Shown here piece after piece: positions 15,192 to 24,983 of a DNA stretch of 64,000 nucleotides (within the stretch, counting starts at the first letter, position 1; each line of letters starts with the position of its first letter). Location: assembly GCA_945901795.1 (NCBI GenBank), contig CAMDLP010000002.1, positions 21,325 to 85,324 of the forward strand. The letters are read 5' to 3'. Both the position numbers and the translations under genes were made by a program. The notes beneath the pieces are model-generated. The model saw only the letters and a list, made by a program, of their open reading frames with translations. It was not told where the DNA came from and made no database searches. The stretch is from Akkermansia muciniphila (GTDB taxonomy: Bacteria > Verrucomicrobiota > Verrucomicrobiia > Verrucomicrobiales > Akkermansiaceae).

Positions 15192-16136
15192 GATGTGGAA
15201 CGCGGCGGCGAAGAAGACCAGTTGCACGCCGCCGAGCGCGAGCAGGCGGTTGAACGCCGGGCCCGGCGGAATCGTCAGCACGCCCCAGATGATCCGCAGG
15301 CCGATGAGAAATACCGGAGCTCCCGCGATCGCCAGCGCCGGGTGGCCGAAGGCGATCCAGCCGAGGCCGGCGAACACCGCGATTTTCACCTCCAGCCAGA
15401 TCACCGCCACCGCGACTTTCGGCCCGCAGCGGACGGCCAGCGTGCGCTTGCCGGTTGTCGCGTCTTCTTCCCGGTCGCGCAGGTTGTTGATGGAAATGAG
15501 GACGGAGGAAAGCATGCCGATTTGCAGTCCTAGCAGCAGCGCCTCGCGCGGCCATCCGCCCGTCTGGATGAACACCGTGCCGGTCACCGCCACCAGCCCG
15601 AAGAAACAGATCACGAACAGCTCGCCCATCCCGCGGTAGGCCAGCGGAAACGGCCCGCCGGTGTAGCCGTAGGCGAGAAACAGCGAGGGAATCCCGATGG
15701 CGATGATCGGCCAGCCGTGAGCCTGATAGAGCACCACGCCGCAAACCACCGCGATGCCGAGAAACAGCGTTGCGAGCCGCATGACTGTTTGCGGTTTCAT
15801 CATCCCGGAGGCGGTGACCCGCGTCGGGCCGAGCCGGCGCTCGGTGTCCGCGCCTTTGCGGGCGTCGATCGCGTCGTTGAAAAAGTTCGTCGCGATCTGG
15901 ATCGCCACCGCGCCTCCCAGCGTGCAAAGCGCGAGCAGGAAATCGAAAGAGCCGCTGAGTTTCCATGCCAGCACGCAGCCCGCCCACACCGGCACGATGG
16001 CGGCGGGTAAGGTTTTTGGACGCGCCGCGAGGACACAGGCTTGGAGGGTGGAAGCGGTCACGGGCGGAGTGAAACCCGGAGAGCGCGCCGAATCGACATC
16101 ATTTCCCAATTTCAGACATCCTGATCCCGCTCTCAA
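15174..16136 (-). CDS. menA: 1,4-dihydroxy-2-naphthoate polyprenyltransferase (UbiA family); start probably internal
   Basis: ARPKTLPAAIVPV, NFFNDAIDARKGAD (NDxxD), polytopic; MenA-like throughout. Confidence 0.85.
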   Translation of the reverse strand: MRAGSGCLKLGNDVDSARSPGFTPPVTASTLQACVLAARPKTLPAAIVPVWAGCVLAWKLSGSFDFLLALCTLGGAVAIQIATNFFNDAIDARKGADTERRLGPTRVTASGMMKPQTVMRLATLFLGIAVVCGVVLYQAHGWPIIAIGIPSLFLAYGYTGGPFPLAYRGMGELFVICFFGLVAVTGTVFIQTGGWPREALLLGLQIGMLSSVLISINNLRDREEDATTGKRTLAVRCGPKVAVAVIWLEVKIAVFAGLGWIAFGHPALAIAGAPVFLIGLRIIWGVLTIPPGPAFNRLLALGGVQLVFFAAAFHIAARIG

Positions 16137-16197
16137 GACCCTCGGAGATTTGATGATCCAATCGAAAAATGATTTGGCTCATACTCGCACAAGCCAT

Positions 16198-16233
16198 CCA
16201 CAATGAATGTCGCGGCCGCGACATTCATTGTGG
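16198..16233. repeat. 36-bp perfect palindrome CCACAATGAATGTCGCGG|CCGCGACATTCATTGTGG
   Basis: Verified base by base; the centre is GCGGCCGC; no U-tract follows on either strand. Confidence 0.9.
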
Positions 16234-16295
16234 CGCGTTGTCACATCGGCTGCGTGTTTCACGTGCTGAATGCGCCAAATCATTTTCCGCCCGGA

Positions 16296-16465
16296 TCAGG
16301 ATATCTGAATTTGCGCTTCCCTTCCGACCCGCGAGAGATGCAGGACCGCGTCCGGGGTGCCAAGGGATTCGGCGAGTCCCTGCACCAGACCCTCCACTCG
16401 GTCGAGTGGTCGATGAGCGAGAATTTCAGCGAGGAGCTGCCGCTGTTGATGACGAGCACCTCGTT
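16296..16465 (-). pseudogene. ackA: Acetate kinase N-terminal remnant (about 55 codons, with a frameshift)
   Basis: EVLVINSGSSSLKFSLIDHSTE (frame of ORF 16280-16492) continues as ...VEGLVQGLAESLGTPDAVLHLSRVGREAQ in the frame of ORF 16296-16547. This matches the AckA N-terminus pattern VLVINxGSSSLKFxLID....GLVERIG; nothing further follows. Confidence 0.6.
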
Positions 16466-16579
16466 CTGTGAGTGGGACGAATGGGAAAGCATAACAGGTC
16501 AACGATACCGCAGCACCATGGAGATTCCCGATGGGCTTGCAACGCATTATCCGCCATTCAGGCGGCAGGATCGATCACC

Positions 16580-17410
16580 CTACTGCGGCATCATGTAGGC
16601 CAACAACGTGCCGAGGCGCTCGCGCAGTTTGGAGCGCGGGACGATGGCGTCGATCAAGCCGTGCTCGAGCATGAACTCGGCGGTTTGGAAGCCGGGCGGC
16701 AGGTTCTGATGGGTCGTTTCCTTGACCACGCGCGGGCCGGCGAAGCCGATCATGCACTTGGGCTCGGCCAGGTTGATGTCGCCGATGGTGGCGAAGGAGG
16801 CGGTCACGCCGCCGGTCGTCGGATGGGTGAGCAGGGAGATATAGGGCAGTTTCGCCTCGGAAAGCCGGGCGAGTGCGCCGCAGGTTTTGGCCATTTGCAT
16901 CAGCGAGAGCATGCCTTCCTGCATCCGCGCGCCGGAGGACGCGGAGACGATGATCACGCCGCGTTTTTCGGCGATCGCCATCTCGATGGCGCGGGTGATT
17001 TTCTCGCCGACGACCGAGCCCATCGAGCCGGCGAAGAATTTGAAATCCATCACCGCGATCATCGCGCGCTGGCCGTTGATGGTGAGGCGGCCGGAAATCA
17101 CGGCGTCGTCGAGGCCGGTCTTTTCGCGGAGAGCCGCGGTTTTCTCGTCATAGCCGGAGAAGCCGAGCGGGTTGGCGGAGATCAGGCCGATTTCCGTTTC
17201 CTCGAAGGAATCCGGGTCGGCGAGCATCGTGATGCGCTCGCGGGAATCGACCAGAAAGTGGTGGCTGCAATGCTGGCAGACGTGGAGGTTTTGCTTGAGT
17301 TCCAGCGTGTGGATCATGGCGCCGCAATCCGGACACTTGACCCAGAGGCCTTCCGGCATGTCTTCACGTCGATCGAGGCTGCGCAGGCGGGGTTTGCTGA
17401 AAATGCCCAT
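16580..17410 (-). CDS. accD: Acetyl-CoA carboxylase carboxyltransferase beta subunit
   Basis: Zn-ribbon CPDCGAMIH...CQHC, then the carboxyltransferase domain (GGARMQEG, SLMQMAKT). Confidence 0.92.
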   Translation of the reverse strand: MGIFSKPRLRSLDRREDMPEGLWVKCPDCGAMIHTLELKQNLHVCQHCSHHFLVDSRERITMLADPDSFEETEIGLISANPLGFSGYDEKTAALREKTGLDDAVISGRLTINGQRAMIAVMDFKFFAGSMGSVVGEKITRAIEMAIAEKRGVIIVSASSGARMQEGMLSLMQMAKTCGALARLSEAKLPYISLLTHPTTGGVTASFATIGDINLAEPKCMIGFAGPRVVKETTHQNLPPGFQTAEFMLEHGLIDAIVPRSKLRERLGTLLAYMMPQ

Positions 17411-17589
17411 GGGAGTGGAAAGTTGCTAGATGACACGAGCCGCCGCGGCGACCTCTCGTGGGCGCGAAGCTAGCGGCGGGGACGGCTGGCGACAATCCCC
17501 TTTTGAGAGATCTGCGCTTTCCCGCTTGTAAAGCCACTCGACTCTTGAAGAATTCCGGGTAGCTTCGCGTTTTCAAAACTACCTCCAGC

Positions 17590-18753
17590 GTGCGAAGCCT
17601 CTCCTATTCATTTTTTTTCCTAGCCCTCGCCCATGCGGCGGACGTCCGCTCATGGACCGATATCCAGAATCGGAAGATCGAGGCGGCCCTCCTGCGGGTT
17701 GAAGACAAAACTGTCATTCTCAAACTCAAGGATGGCCGCGAGGTCTCCTACCCGCTCGCGAAGCTCTCGTTGGCCGACTGCAAATACGTCGAGGAATTCC
17801 GCCGCCTGCCCGGTTCCGAGAAGCCCGGCGAGGGGCTGAATTTCAACCTCCCGTGGCCCGAGCGCGTCAAGTTTGGCGAAGATCCGGAGGTCAACACGGT
17901 GGAGGAGGACGCGGAGAAAAAACGCTTCATTTACGAGAGCGCCAATTACCGCTACGTCTGCGATGTCCGGCTCTCCAAATCCGTGGTCAAGGGTTTCGCG
18001 GTCATGTTCGAGGCCACTCACCTTTACTGCCGGTCTCTGCCGCTGGGGATCAATGGCGGCAAAGCCGTGGATGACAAACACCAGATCCTCCTTTTCGAGA
18101 AGTTCGATGATTACGTGAAAGCCGGCGGCCCGCCTTCCAGTGCCGGCGTTTTCATCGGCGGAAAAGGCGTGGTGATGGTGCCTTTGACCAGCCTCGGAGT
18201 GAGGCCCGTCGGCAGCGGTTACATGCTGGACCGGGATAAAAGCAGCAAGACCCTGCCCCACGAGCTCGCCCACCAACTAACACCCGAGAGTTATTTCGCA
18301 AAGGGCGCGATGGGTTGGTTTACGGAGGGCCTCGCCGAATATGTCGCGGTGACGCCCTACCGCTCCGGAGCATTCAGCGTGCGCGGAAATCAGAAAGACA
18401 TCTTCGACTACGTGACCGGCTTCGGCTCCAAGGACATGGGAGGCCGGGCGCTCGGCACCAAAATCGGTCTGCCCGCCCTCAGAACCTTCATGTTCCAGGA
18501 CTACGGGGAGTTTCTCGAACAGCCCCAGATCAACTACGGCTGCGGCCTGCTCATCACCACCTACTTCTTCCACATGGACGGCGAGGGCGACGGGAAGCGG
18601 ATCAAGGCCTTCCTCAAGGCTCTGCACGAGGACGTGGCCGGGGAGAAAGCGGTCGATCTGTTATTGGACGGCCGCAGCTTCGACCAGCTTGAGGAGGACA
18701 TCGTGAAAGCCTGGAGCCGCAAGGGCGTGGATTTCATCTTCGCGAAAGGATAG
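17590..18753 (+). CDS. Secreted protein with an SHD1-like domain and an HExxH motif (putative metallopeptidase)
   Basis: GTG start, signal peptide; RSWTDIQNRKIEAALLRVEDKTVILKLKDGREVSYPLAKLSLADCKYV is SHD1-like; LPHELAHQL is an HExxH motif. Confidence 0.6.
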   Translation: MRSLSYSFFFLALAHAADVRSWTDIQNRKIEAALLRVEDKTVILKLKDGREVSYPLAKLSLADCKYVEEFRRLPGSEKPGEGLNFNLPWPERVKFGEDPEVNTVEEDAEKKRFIYESANYRYVCDVRLSKSVVKGFAVMFEATHLYCRSLPLGINGGKAVDDKHQILLFEKFDDYVKAGGPPSSAGVFIGGKGVVMVPLTSLGVRPVGSGYMLDRDKSSKTLPHELAHQLTPESYFAKGAMGWFTEGLAEYVAVTPYRSGAFSVRGNQKDIFDYVTGFGSKDMGGRALGTKIGLPALRTFMFQDYGEFLEQPQINYGCGLLITTYFFHMDGEGDGKRIKAFLKALHEDVAGEKAVDLLLDGRSFDQLEEDIVKAWSRKGVDFIFAKG

Positions 18754-18770
18754 TCACCCGCTCAAACGCC

Positions 18771-19865
18771 TCAGCCGACGCGTTGCAACAGCCAGAACGC
18801 GCCGGTTCCGGCGATCGCGAGGCAACCCACGAGGCGCGCCCGGCGGTAGGCCGGTGTTCCGTGCCAGCCTGCCGTCAGGCACCAAGCCGCGGCTAACAGC
18901 GATGCTTGCGCCGCTTCCACTCCGAGGTTCGCGCAGAGCAGGGCCGGGAGGAAATCGTGGCCGGGCTTGATCCAGACGGAAAGCGCGCCGGCGAAGCCGA
19001 GGCCATGAATCAGGCCGAATCCGAACACGATGCCGAGGCGCGTCGCTCCCATGGATTTCCCGACGGGCCGGAGGTTTTCGAGCGCCACCACCATCACGCT
19101 CAGCGCGATGATCGGCTCGACCCAGCTCCCCGGCACCCGCACGAATCCGGCGGCGGCAAGGCCCAGCGTCACGGTGTGCGCCAGCGTGAAAGCCAGCGAT
19201 TGCGAAAGCAGCGGCCGCCATGCCCGGCGATAGAAAAACAATCCCATCACGAACAACATGTGATCCATCCCTAACGGCAGGACGTGCAGGAATCCCTCGC
19301 GGAACGACTCGGTCCACGGCGCGCGTCCGGTCACGGTATTTTCCTCCACCGGCAAGAGCTGGGATTGGCCCGGAGCCAGCGTGAGGTAGCCGCCTTGCTT
19401 GCCGGGCAGCTTCAAAAGAAACGTCGGTCGCGTGCCTTCCCGCCATGCGATTTCCGCGCCGCTTTCCAAGGACTCCACCCCGGTGATCTTCATCCGGAAA
19501 TAAGCACCGTCGTTGAGCAGCTCGACGAAATTCGGCGGGCTCTTGGCGAAGTCGATGAAATCCACCCGCCATTCCGCAGGCTTTCCGCCGGACCTGACTT
19601 CCAGGCATTCGCGCAAATAACGTTCCGCCTCCTGTCTCAACGGAGCCCATCCGGTCTCGCCGAGTTCTAGCAGCCAGGCGCGTTGCTGAGCCGGAGCCTG
19701 GGCGTCACCCCGCGACTCGGGGATGGCGTATCCGGCGTCGAACAGGACCTCCATTTCCCACGGCCGGCCGCCTTTCCATTCGGCGGAAATCTGGGTGACC
19801 ACGTGACCGCACGCGGAAATCGCCAGCGCGATCCACAGTGCCAAGCATTGCCATTTTCCTCTCAC
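18771..19865 (-). CDS. HupE/UreJ-family membrane protein with an N-terminal periplasmic extension
   Basis: LGMDHMLFVMGLFF, HGLGFAG motifs and the C-terminal polytopic region are typical of HupE/UreJ_2. Confidence 0.7.
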   Translation of the reverse strand: MRGKWQCLALWIALAISACGHVVTQISAEWKGGRPWEMEVLFDAGYAIPESRGDAQAPAQQRAWLLELGETGWAPLRQEAERYLRECLEVRSGGKPAEWRVDFIDFAKSPPNFVELLNDGAYFRMKITGVESLESGAEIAWREGTRPTFLLKLPGKQGGYLTLAPGQSQLLPVEENTVTGRAPWTESFREGFLHVLPLGMDHMLFVMGLFFYRRAWRPLLSQSLAFTLAHTVTLGLAAAGFVRVPGSWVEPIIALSVMVVALENLRPVGKSMGATRLGIVFGFGLIHGLGFAGALSVWIKPGHDFLPALLCANLGVEAAQASLLAAAWCLTAGWHGTPAYRRARLVGCLAIAGTGAFWLLQRVG

Positions 19866-19957
19866 GCCTTTTTCTCGCAGATTGACTTCCGCCGGGAAAA
19901 CAAAAAGCGCCTGTCATCGCTGACAGGCGCTTTTGAAAATCAAATTTTTCCCGGTTC

Positions 19958-21055
19958 TCAGTTCGTCACGCGCATCGGCATGAGCACGTAGAGGAAGGAA
20001 CCTTCAATGCGCAGGACGCCGGGGCTCATCTCGTCGATGAGGTCGAGGTAAACGTCGTTGGTGTCCAAGGCGCGCAGCGGGGCTTGGAGGAACTCGGGGT
20101 TGAAGGCGATCTGCATCGGCGGACCTTGATAGATCACGTCCATCGATTCCTGAGCCTCACCGACGTCCGGCGAGTTGGCGGTGACTTCGATGTGGTTCTC
20201 GCTGAAGACGAGCTTCACCGAGTTCGACTTGTCCGAGGAGAGCAGCGAAACGCGGCGGACGGTTTCGAGCAGCGCCTCGCGGCCGATGACGACGCGCTCG
20301 TTGCTGTCGCCGGGGATGACCTGGCGGTAGTTCGGATAGTTGCCCTCGATGAGCTTACTGGCGAGCAGGCTGTCGCCGATGGCGAAGGAAATCTGGCTGT
20401 CGCTGAGCTTGACGATGACCTCACCGGCATCGCCTAGCAGGCGTTGGAGTTCCTGCACGGCCTTGGTCGGGATGATGACGTCGGTCTCGTGGGAAGCGGG
20501 GAATTCGAGGTCGGCATCGACCATCGCGAGGCGGCGGCCGTCGGTGGCGACGAGGGTCATTTTGCCGTCGCGGAACGAGGCGAAAATGCCGTTGAGGACG
20601 TAGCGGGTTTCGTCGTTGGAGATGGCGTAGGAGGTTTTCTTGAGGCCGTCGCGGAGGGTCGCTTGCGGGATTTTGAAAACCTTGGCTCCCTCGAAATCAG
20701 GCAGTGGCGGAAACTCGGCTTCACCGAGGCCGATGATTTTGAAAAACGACGGGCCGCTGCGGATGGACGCATGGTTTTTCGCGTCAACGGAGACTTCGAC
20801 CTCGCTGGAAGGAAGCTCGCGGATGATGCTCACGAGGCGCTTGGCGGGAAGCGTGGTGGCACCTTCCTTCTCGATCTGGGCTTCCACGGAGCCGGTGATT
20901 CCGACGTCGAGGTCCGTCGTGGTAAACTGGATGCGGCCGTCTTTGGCCACCAGCAGCACGTTGGAAAGAATCGGCAAAGTGGTGCGTGAGCTGACCACGT
21001 GTTGGACTTTTTGCAGGCCGTCGAGAAAGGCTTCCTTGGAGATGCGGAACTTCAT
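19958..21055 (-). CDS. dnaN: DNA polymerase III beta sliding clamp
   Basis: MKFRISKEAFLDGLQKVQHVVSSRTTLPILSNVLL...; full-length DnaN, immediately downstream of dnaA. Confidence 0.95.
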   Translation of the reverse strand: MKFRISKEAFLDGLQKVQHVVSSRTTLPILSNVLLVAKDGRIQFTTTDLDVGITGSVEAQIEKEGATTLPAKRLVSIIRELPSSEVEVSVDAKNHASIRSGPSFFKIIGLGEAEFPPLPDFEGAKVFKIPQATLRDGLKKTSYAISNDETRYVLNGIFASFRDGKMTLVATDGRRLAMVDADLEFPASHETDVIIPTKAVQELQRLLGDAGEVIVKLSDSQISFAIGDSLLASKLIEGNYPNYRQVIPGDSNERVVIGREALLETVRRVSLLSSDKSNSVKLVFSENHIEVTANSPDVGEAQESMDVIYQGPPMQIAFNPEFLQAPLRALDTNDVYLDLIDEMSPGVLRIEGSFLYVLMPMRVTN

Positions 21056-21145
21056 AAATTAGAGACTGGGGAGTTGTTGGCACGCAGTTTCCGTTTTAGC
21101 CGCCCCTTGGCAAGCCTTCTGTGAATAATCCCGAAAGTCGAAGGT

Positions 21146-22579
21146 TTAACGGCGGAGTTGGGACTCGATGCGGGCGATACTTTCCTTCAATCCCGGCTCG
21201 CCATCGACCAGTCCGGCGACCTTTTTGCAGGCGTGGATGACGGTCCCGTGGTCGCGTCCGCCGAAGGCTTCGCCGATTTCCATCAGCGAGCCCTTGGTCA
21301 GCGAGCGGCTCAAATACATGGCCACTTGGCGGGGAAACGCGATGCTGGCGGGGCGGCGGCGGCTGGTCATGTCGGCCAGACGGACGTCGAAATGCTCGGC
21401 GACGGCCTTTTGGATGGCGTCGATGCTCACCTGGCGGCTGGCCTCCTCGCGGATGAGGTCGCGCAGCAGGTGCTCGACTTTTTCCACGGTCACGCTTTCG
21501 CCGGCGAGCGAGGCATAGGTGGCGACACGCATCAGCGCGCCTTCGAGGCGGCGGACGTTGGTGCGGATTTTCTCGGCCAGGAAACGCAGGACCGATTCGT
21601 CCACGCGGACTTTCCAGTCGATGGATTTCTTCTTGAGGATGGCCATCCGCGTCTCCATTTGCGGCGGCTGCATCTCGACGGTGAGGCCGCACTCAAAGCG
21701 GGAAATCAGGCGCGGCTCGAGGCTCTTGATCTCGCAGGCCGGGCGGTCACAGGTGAGGACGACCTGGTTGCGGCCGTCGAGCAGGGTGTTGAAAGTGTGG
21801 AAAAACTCCTCCTGCGAGCGCTCCTTGCCGGCGAGGAACTGGACGTCGTCGATGAGCAAAACATCCGAGCTGCGGTAGCGGCGGCGGAATTTCTCGATGT
21901 CGCCGCGGCGGATCGCGTCGATGAACTCGTTGGTGAATTTCTCGCAGGTCAGATAGATCACCCGCGAGCCCGGCTGGCGGCGGAGCAGTTCCTGGCCGAT
22001 CGCCTGCATGAGGTGGGTTTTCCCGAGGCCCGGGCCGCCGTAAATGAACAGTGGATTGTAACCGACGCCGGATTTTTTAGCGACCGCCTCGCAAGCGGCG
22101 TGGGCGAACTGGCTGTTCGCGCCGACCACGAAGCTGGCGAAGGTGTGGGCCGGATTGAGGCCCGCCGCCTTGATGCGCTTGTCGAGCGCCTCGCCTTCGA
22201 GAGCAGCCGCCTTGGTCGGGCGGGATGGGAATGGCGAGTGTTTCGGGTGGCCGGTTCCCAAATCGTTAGGGCTGGCGATGTCCTCGCCGACGACGACCCG
22301 GACTTCCCGGACCTCGTCGAAAATCCCGGTCACCGCCATCGTGAGCTCGGGCAGGTAATTCGTCTCGATCCAGACTTGGTGGATTTCCCCGGGCACGGCG
22401 ATCGAGGCGACGTCGTCCTCCACGCCTAACCAACGCGCGGCGCGGAACCAGCGTTGGAAGGCGTCGTTGCTGACCATCACCCGCAGGGCTTCGCAGACTT
22501 CATCCCATCCTCCGTTTTTTGAAAAAACTTCTTCAAAACTCCTCGCCGCTTCCTCAATCGCCACTTCAGCTGGTTCCAT
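21146..22579 (-). CDS. dnaA: Chromosomal replication initiator protein
   Basis: GGPGLGKTHLMQAIG Walker A, LLIDDVQFLAGKERSQEEFFHTFN, C-terminal DNA-binding domain with FGGRDHGTVIHACKKV. Confidence 0.95.
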   Translation of the reverse strand: MEPAEVAIEEAARSFEEVFSKNGGWDEVCEALRVMVSNDAFQRWFRAARWLGVEDDVASIAVPGEIHQVWIETNYLPELTMAVTGIFDEVREVRVVVGEDIASPNDLGTGHPKHSPFPSRPTKAAALEGEALDKRIKAAGLNPAHTFASFVVGANSQFAHAACEAVAKKSGVGYNPLFIYGGPGLGKTHLMQAIGQELLRRQPGSRVIYLTCEKFTNEFIDAIRRGDIEKFRRRYRSSDVLLIDDVQFLAGKERSQEEFFHTFNTLLDGRNQVVLTCDRPACEIKSLEPRLISRFECGLTVEMQPPQMETRMAILKKKSIDWKVRVDESVLRFLAEKIRTNVRRLEGALMRVATYASLAGESVTVEKVEHLLRDLIREEASRQVSIDAIQKAVAEHFDVRLADMTSRRRPASIAFPRQVAMYLSRSLTKGSLMEIGEAFGGRDHGTVIHACKKVAGLVDGEPGLKESIARIESQLRR

Positions 22580-22924
22580 TATTAACGAGTCTTTTTAAAA
22601 ATTACAGGGGGTCTCGTGATGCGCGGTCCAGAGTGGCCCGGCGCGGCGAGGTGCAAAAGATGAGCAGCTCAATCCGCTCGTGGGAAAGTTTTTTGCGGCC
22701 GTCTAACCAATGCTCGCGACGGGCCCTATTCCACAAGGGTTCCACAGATCATTTTTTTAAAAACTTGACCTCGATTTTGCTTCGGACTTCCGAAGCATCA
22801 GGACCGGTATTTCCCGGGAATCGACGCATCCGCTTAAAATCAAAGCACTCGCGGCGCTCTGGTTCTGTTACAATTTCGTCACGTCCGGCACCGGTCGATC
22901 CGGCGGATTCCAAGGCCGCCAAAA
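22580..22924. other. Candidate oriC / dnaA promoter region
   Basis: Two TTCCACA cores 11 bp apart (TATTCCACA 22727-22735, GGTTCCACA 22738-22746) followed by GATC and the AT-rich tract ATTTTTTTAAAAA; a second AT tract at 22591-22603. A TGTGAATAA box lies at 21119-21127 in the dnaA-dnaN spacer. Confidence 0.4.
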
Positions 22925-24586
22925 TCAGGGAGATACACCGGCGGGAGCCTTGTGACTCTTGAAACATAGGGCCACGGCGACGGTCGCCAAGGTGCCGGCC
23001 ATGATGCGCCAAGGGAATTCAATCACCGGCATCCATGCGAAATTTTTGTAGAGCGGGCCCCCTGAGACCATCTTCCAGACGTCGTTCGGCAGATTGCTGA
23101 GAATGGCGACGACGATGATCCCCGCAGCCATCGCGATCAGGTTGCCGGTCTCGCTGCCGCGCGTTTTCGTGAACAGCGCGACCATGAAAATCCCGAGCAG
23201 CGAGCCGTAGGTGTAGCCGAAGCTTCCGAGAATGATCACGATGATGCTGAGGCCGGGGTTGTGTGCCTTGACGAAGGCGGTCGCCAGTCCCACCAAAATG
23301 AGCACCAGCGCGAAGCCCACGGTGCTGAGCTTGATGATGCGCACCCGCACGCGGTCGTCATCGGGCGTCTTGAACCAGCGGAAATGGAAGTCGCGCGAGT
23401 AACTGGTAGCCAGCGAGTTCATCGCCGTGCCGAGCGAGCCCATCGTCGTCGCCAGCACCCCGGCGACGACCAGGCCGCGCAGCCCGCCGGGCATCACATC
23501 GACGACGAAATACGGGAAGATCCGCGTGTTGTCCGGCTTGCCCGCCGCCATCGGCAGCGCCGGGTCGTTGACGACGTGGCCGTAGTAAACGGAGAGCAGG
23601 ATGCCGATCGTTAGAACGGCGTAAGTCACCGGGATGTCGGCCAGTCCGGAGAGGATCGTGGCCACCGCGCTCTGGCGTTTGTTCTTTGCGGTGAGCATGC
23701 GCTGCACCATGTCCTGGTCGGTGCCATGCGTCGCGAGCGTCACAAACAGCGAGCCGAAGAGCGCGGCCCAAACGGTGAACTCGCTTTCCAGCACGCTCTT
23801 AATCGCGCCCCAAGTGGAGCCGTAGTTTTTCACGAATTCCGGATCCGCCGGGACATCGCCGTTCCATTCCCAGAGCTTCAAATCATGCGGCCCGGTGAGA
23901 AAACTTTTCGCGCCCTCCCAGCCGCCGGGGATGTGGCCGAGCAGATACCAGACCGAGAACCCGAGCGCGCCGAAGAGCACCGCGATTTGCAACACATCCG
24001 TCCAGATCACCGCCTTGATTCCGCCCACCGCCGTGTAGGCTGCCGTGAGAATAGTGATGAGAACCAGCGCCCCGCCGGTGGCCCAGAATTGCTCCCAAGT
24101 GCCGAGCGGCCGTTCCGGATTCAGTTGATTCCAAATCACGATCATCAGCAGCGTCGGCACCCACAGCCGGGAGCCGCTGGCCAGCGAGCGGGTCACCAGG
24201 AAAATCACGCTCGCCACGCTGCGGGTGCGCGGGCCGAAGCGGATTTCGAGGAACTCGTAAATGCTCACCACGTTGTGTTTGTAAAACGCCGGGATGAATA
24301 CCGCACTCACCACCAACCTCGCCAGCAAATAGCCCACCATCAGCTGGGCATACGTGTAGTTCTGCAACCGGAATCCCTCGCCCGGCGTGCCGAAAAACGT
24401 CCCCGCGCTGATCTCGGACGCGAGGATCGACGCCAGCACCGCCCACCACGGGATGGACCGGCCACCGAGCGCGAAATCCGAGACGTTTCCGCTCCGGCGG
24501 CTGAAATGCCAGCCGATGCCGATGATGATGGCGAAATAAATTCCAACGATGAAGAGATCCAACCACAAAGCCGACATGCGGCGCAT
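22925..24586 (-). CDS. Sodium:solute symporter (SSF) family transporter
   Basis: From MRRMSALWLDLFIVGIYFAIIIGIGWHFSRR; about 13 TM; SSF-like throughout. The ORF-track 5' extension was rejected. Confidence 0.8.
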   Translation of the reverse strand: MRRMSALWLDLFIVGIYFAIIIGIGWHFSRRSGNVSDFALGGRSIPWWAVLASILASEISAGTFFGTPGEGFRLQNYTYAQLMVGYLLARLVVSAVFIPAFYKHNVVSIYEFLEIRFGPRTRSVASVIFLVTRSLASGSRLWVPTLLMIVIWNQLNPERPLGTWEQFWATGGALVLITILTAAYTAVGGIKAVIWTDVLQIAVLFGALGFSVWYLLGHIPGGWEGAKSFLTGPHDLKLWEWNGDVPADPEFVKNYGSTWGAIKSVLESEFTVWAALFGSLFVTLATHGTDQDMVQRMLTAKNKRQSAVATILSGLADIPVTYAVLTIGILLSVYYGHVVNDPALPMAAGKPDNTRIFPYFVVDVMPGGLRGLVVAGVLATTMGSLGTAMNSLATSYSRDFHFRWFKTPDDDRVRVRIIKLSTVGFALVLILVGLATAFVKAHNPGLSIIVIILGSFGYTYGSLLGIFMVALFTKTRGSETGNLIAMAAGIIVVAILSNLPNDVWKMVSGGPLYKNFAWMPVIEFPWRIMAGTLATVAVALCFKSHKAPAGVSP

Positions 24587-24906
24587 GCTAGGGGGGCGGT
24601 CCGGCGATCCAAGTCCCAAGTTTCCGCCGCCGTTTCGCGGCGGCGCGAGGGTGCAGGACAAAAAAGTTATCCTAGACACGAATAGGACCGTGATAGACAC
24701 CCACGGAGGGGCGGAACGTGTCCGCCCTGGCGGATAATGAGTCAATGCCTGGTCCGAAGGGCTTTTCCATTGGCGTTCCATCCTCACGGCGAACACGTTT
24801 CGCCGCTCCTTGAACTTTTTTGTCCCGCACCCGCGGCGCGATGCCGGGTAATTTTTCCCTTCCCAAACCGGAAGTCATGGATTACCCCTTCCGCCCCGCC
24901 TGAAAT

Positions 24907-24983
24907 GGTGGTCGTAGCTCAGTTGGTAGAGCCCCGGATTGTGATTCCGGTTGTCGCGGGTTCGAGTCCCGTCGATCACCCCA
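24907..24983 (+). tRNA. tRNA-His (anticodon GTG), with encoded G-1 and CCA
   Basis: Folded by hand: G-1 pairs with C73; acceptor GTGGTCG/CGATCAC; D stem GCTC/GAGC; anticodon stem CCGGA/TCCGG with loop TTGTGAT; T stem GCGGG/CCCGT with TTCGAGT loop. Confidence 0.92.

Noticed and set aside
16198-16233. 36-bp palindrome as an intrinsic terminator or a cloning (NotI) artefact
   Set aside because: No U-tract follows on either strand and there is no loop, so it is not a standard terminator. The flanks are native-looking chromosomal sequence with an ackA remnant, so a vector scar is unlikely. It is kept as a finding of unknown function instead.
24587-24906. 320-nt leader of the SSF transporter with three short GC hairpins, as a riboswitch
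   Set aside because: The hairpins (for example GCCGCCG-tttcg-CGGCGGC) are generic for high-GC DNA. I recognised no known riboswitch core motif.
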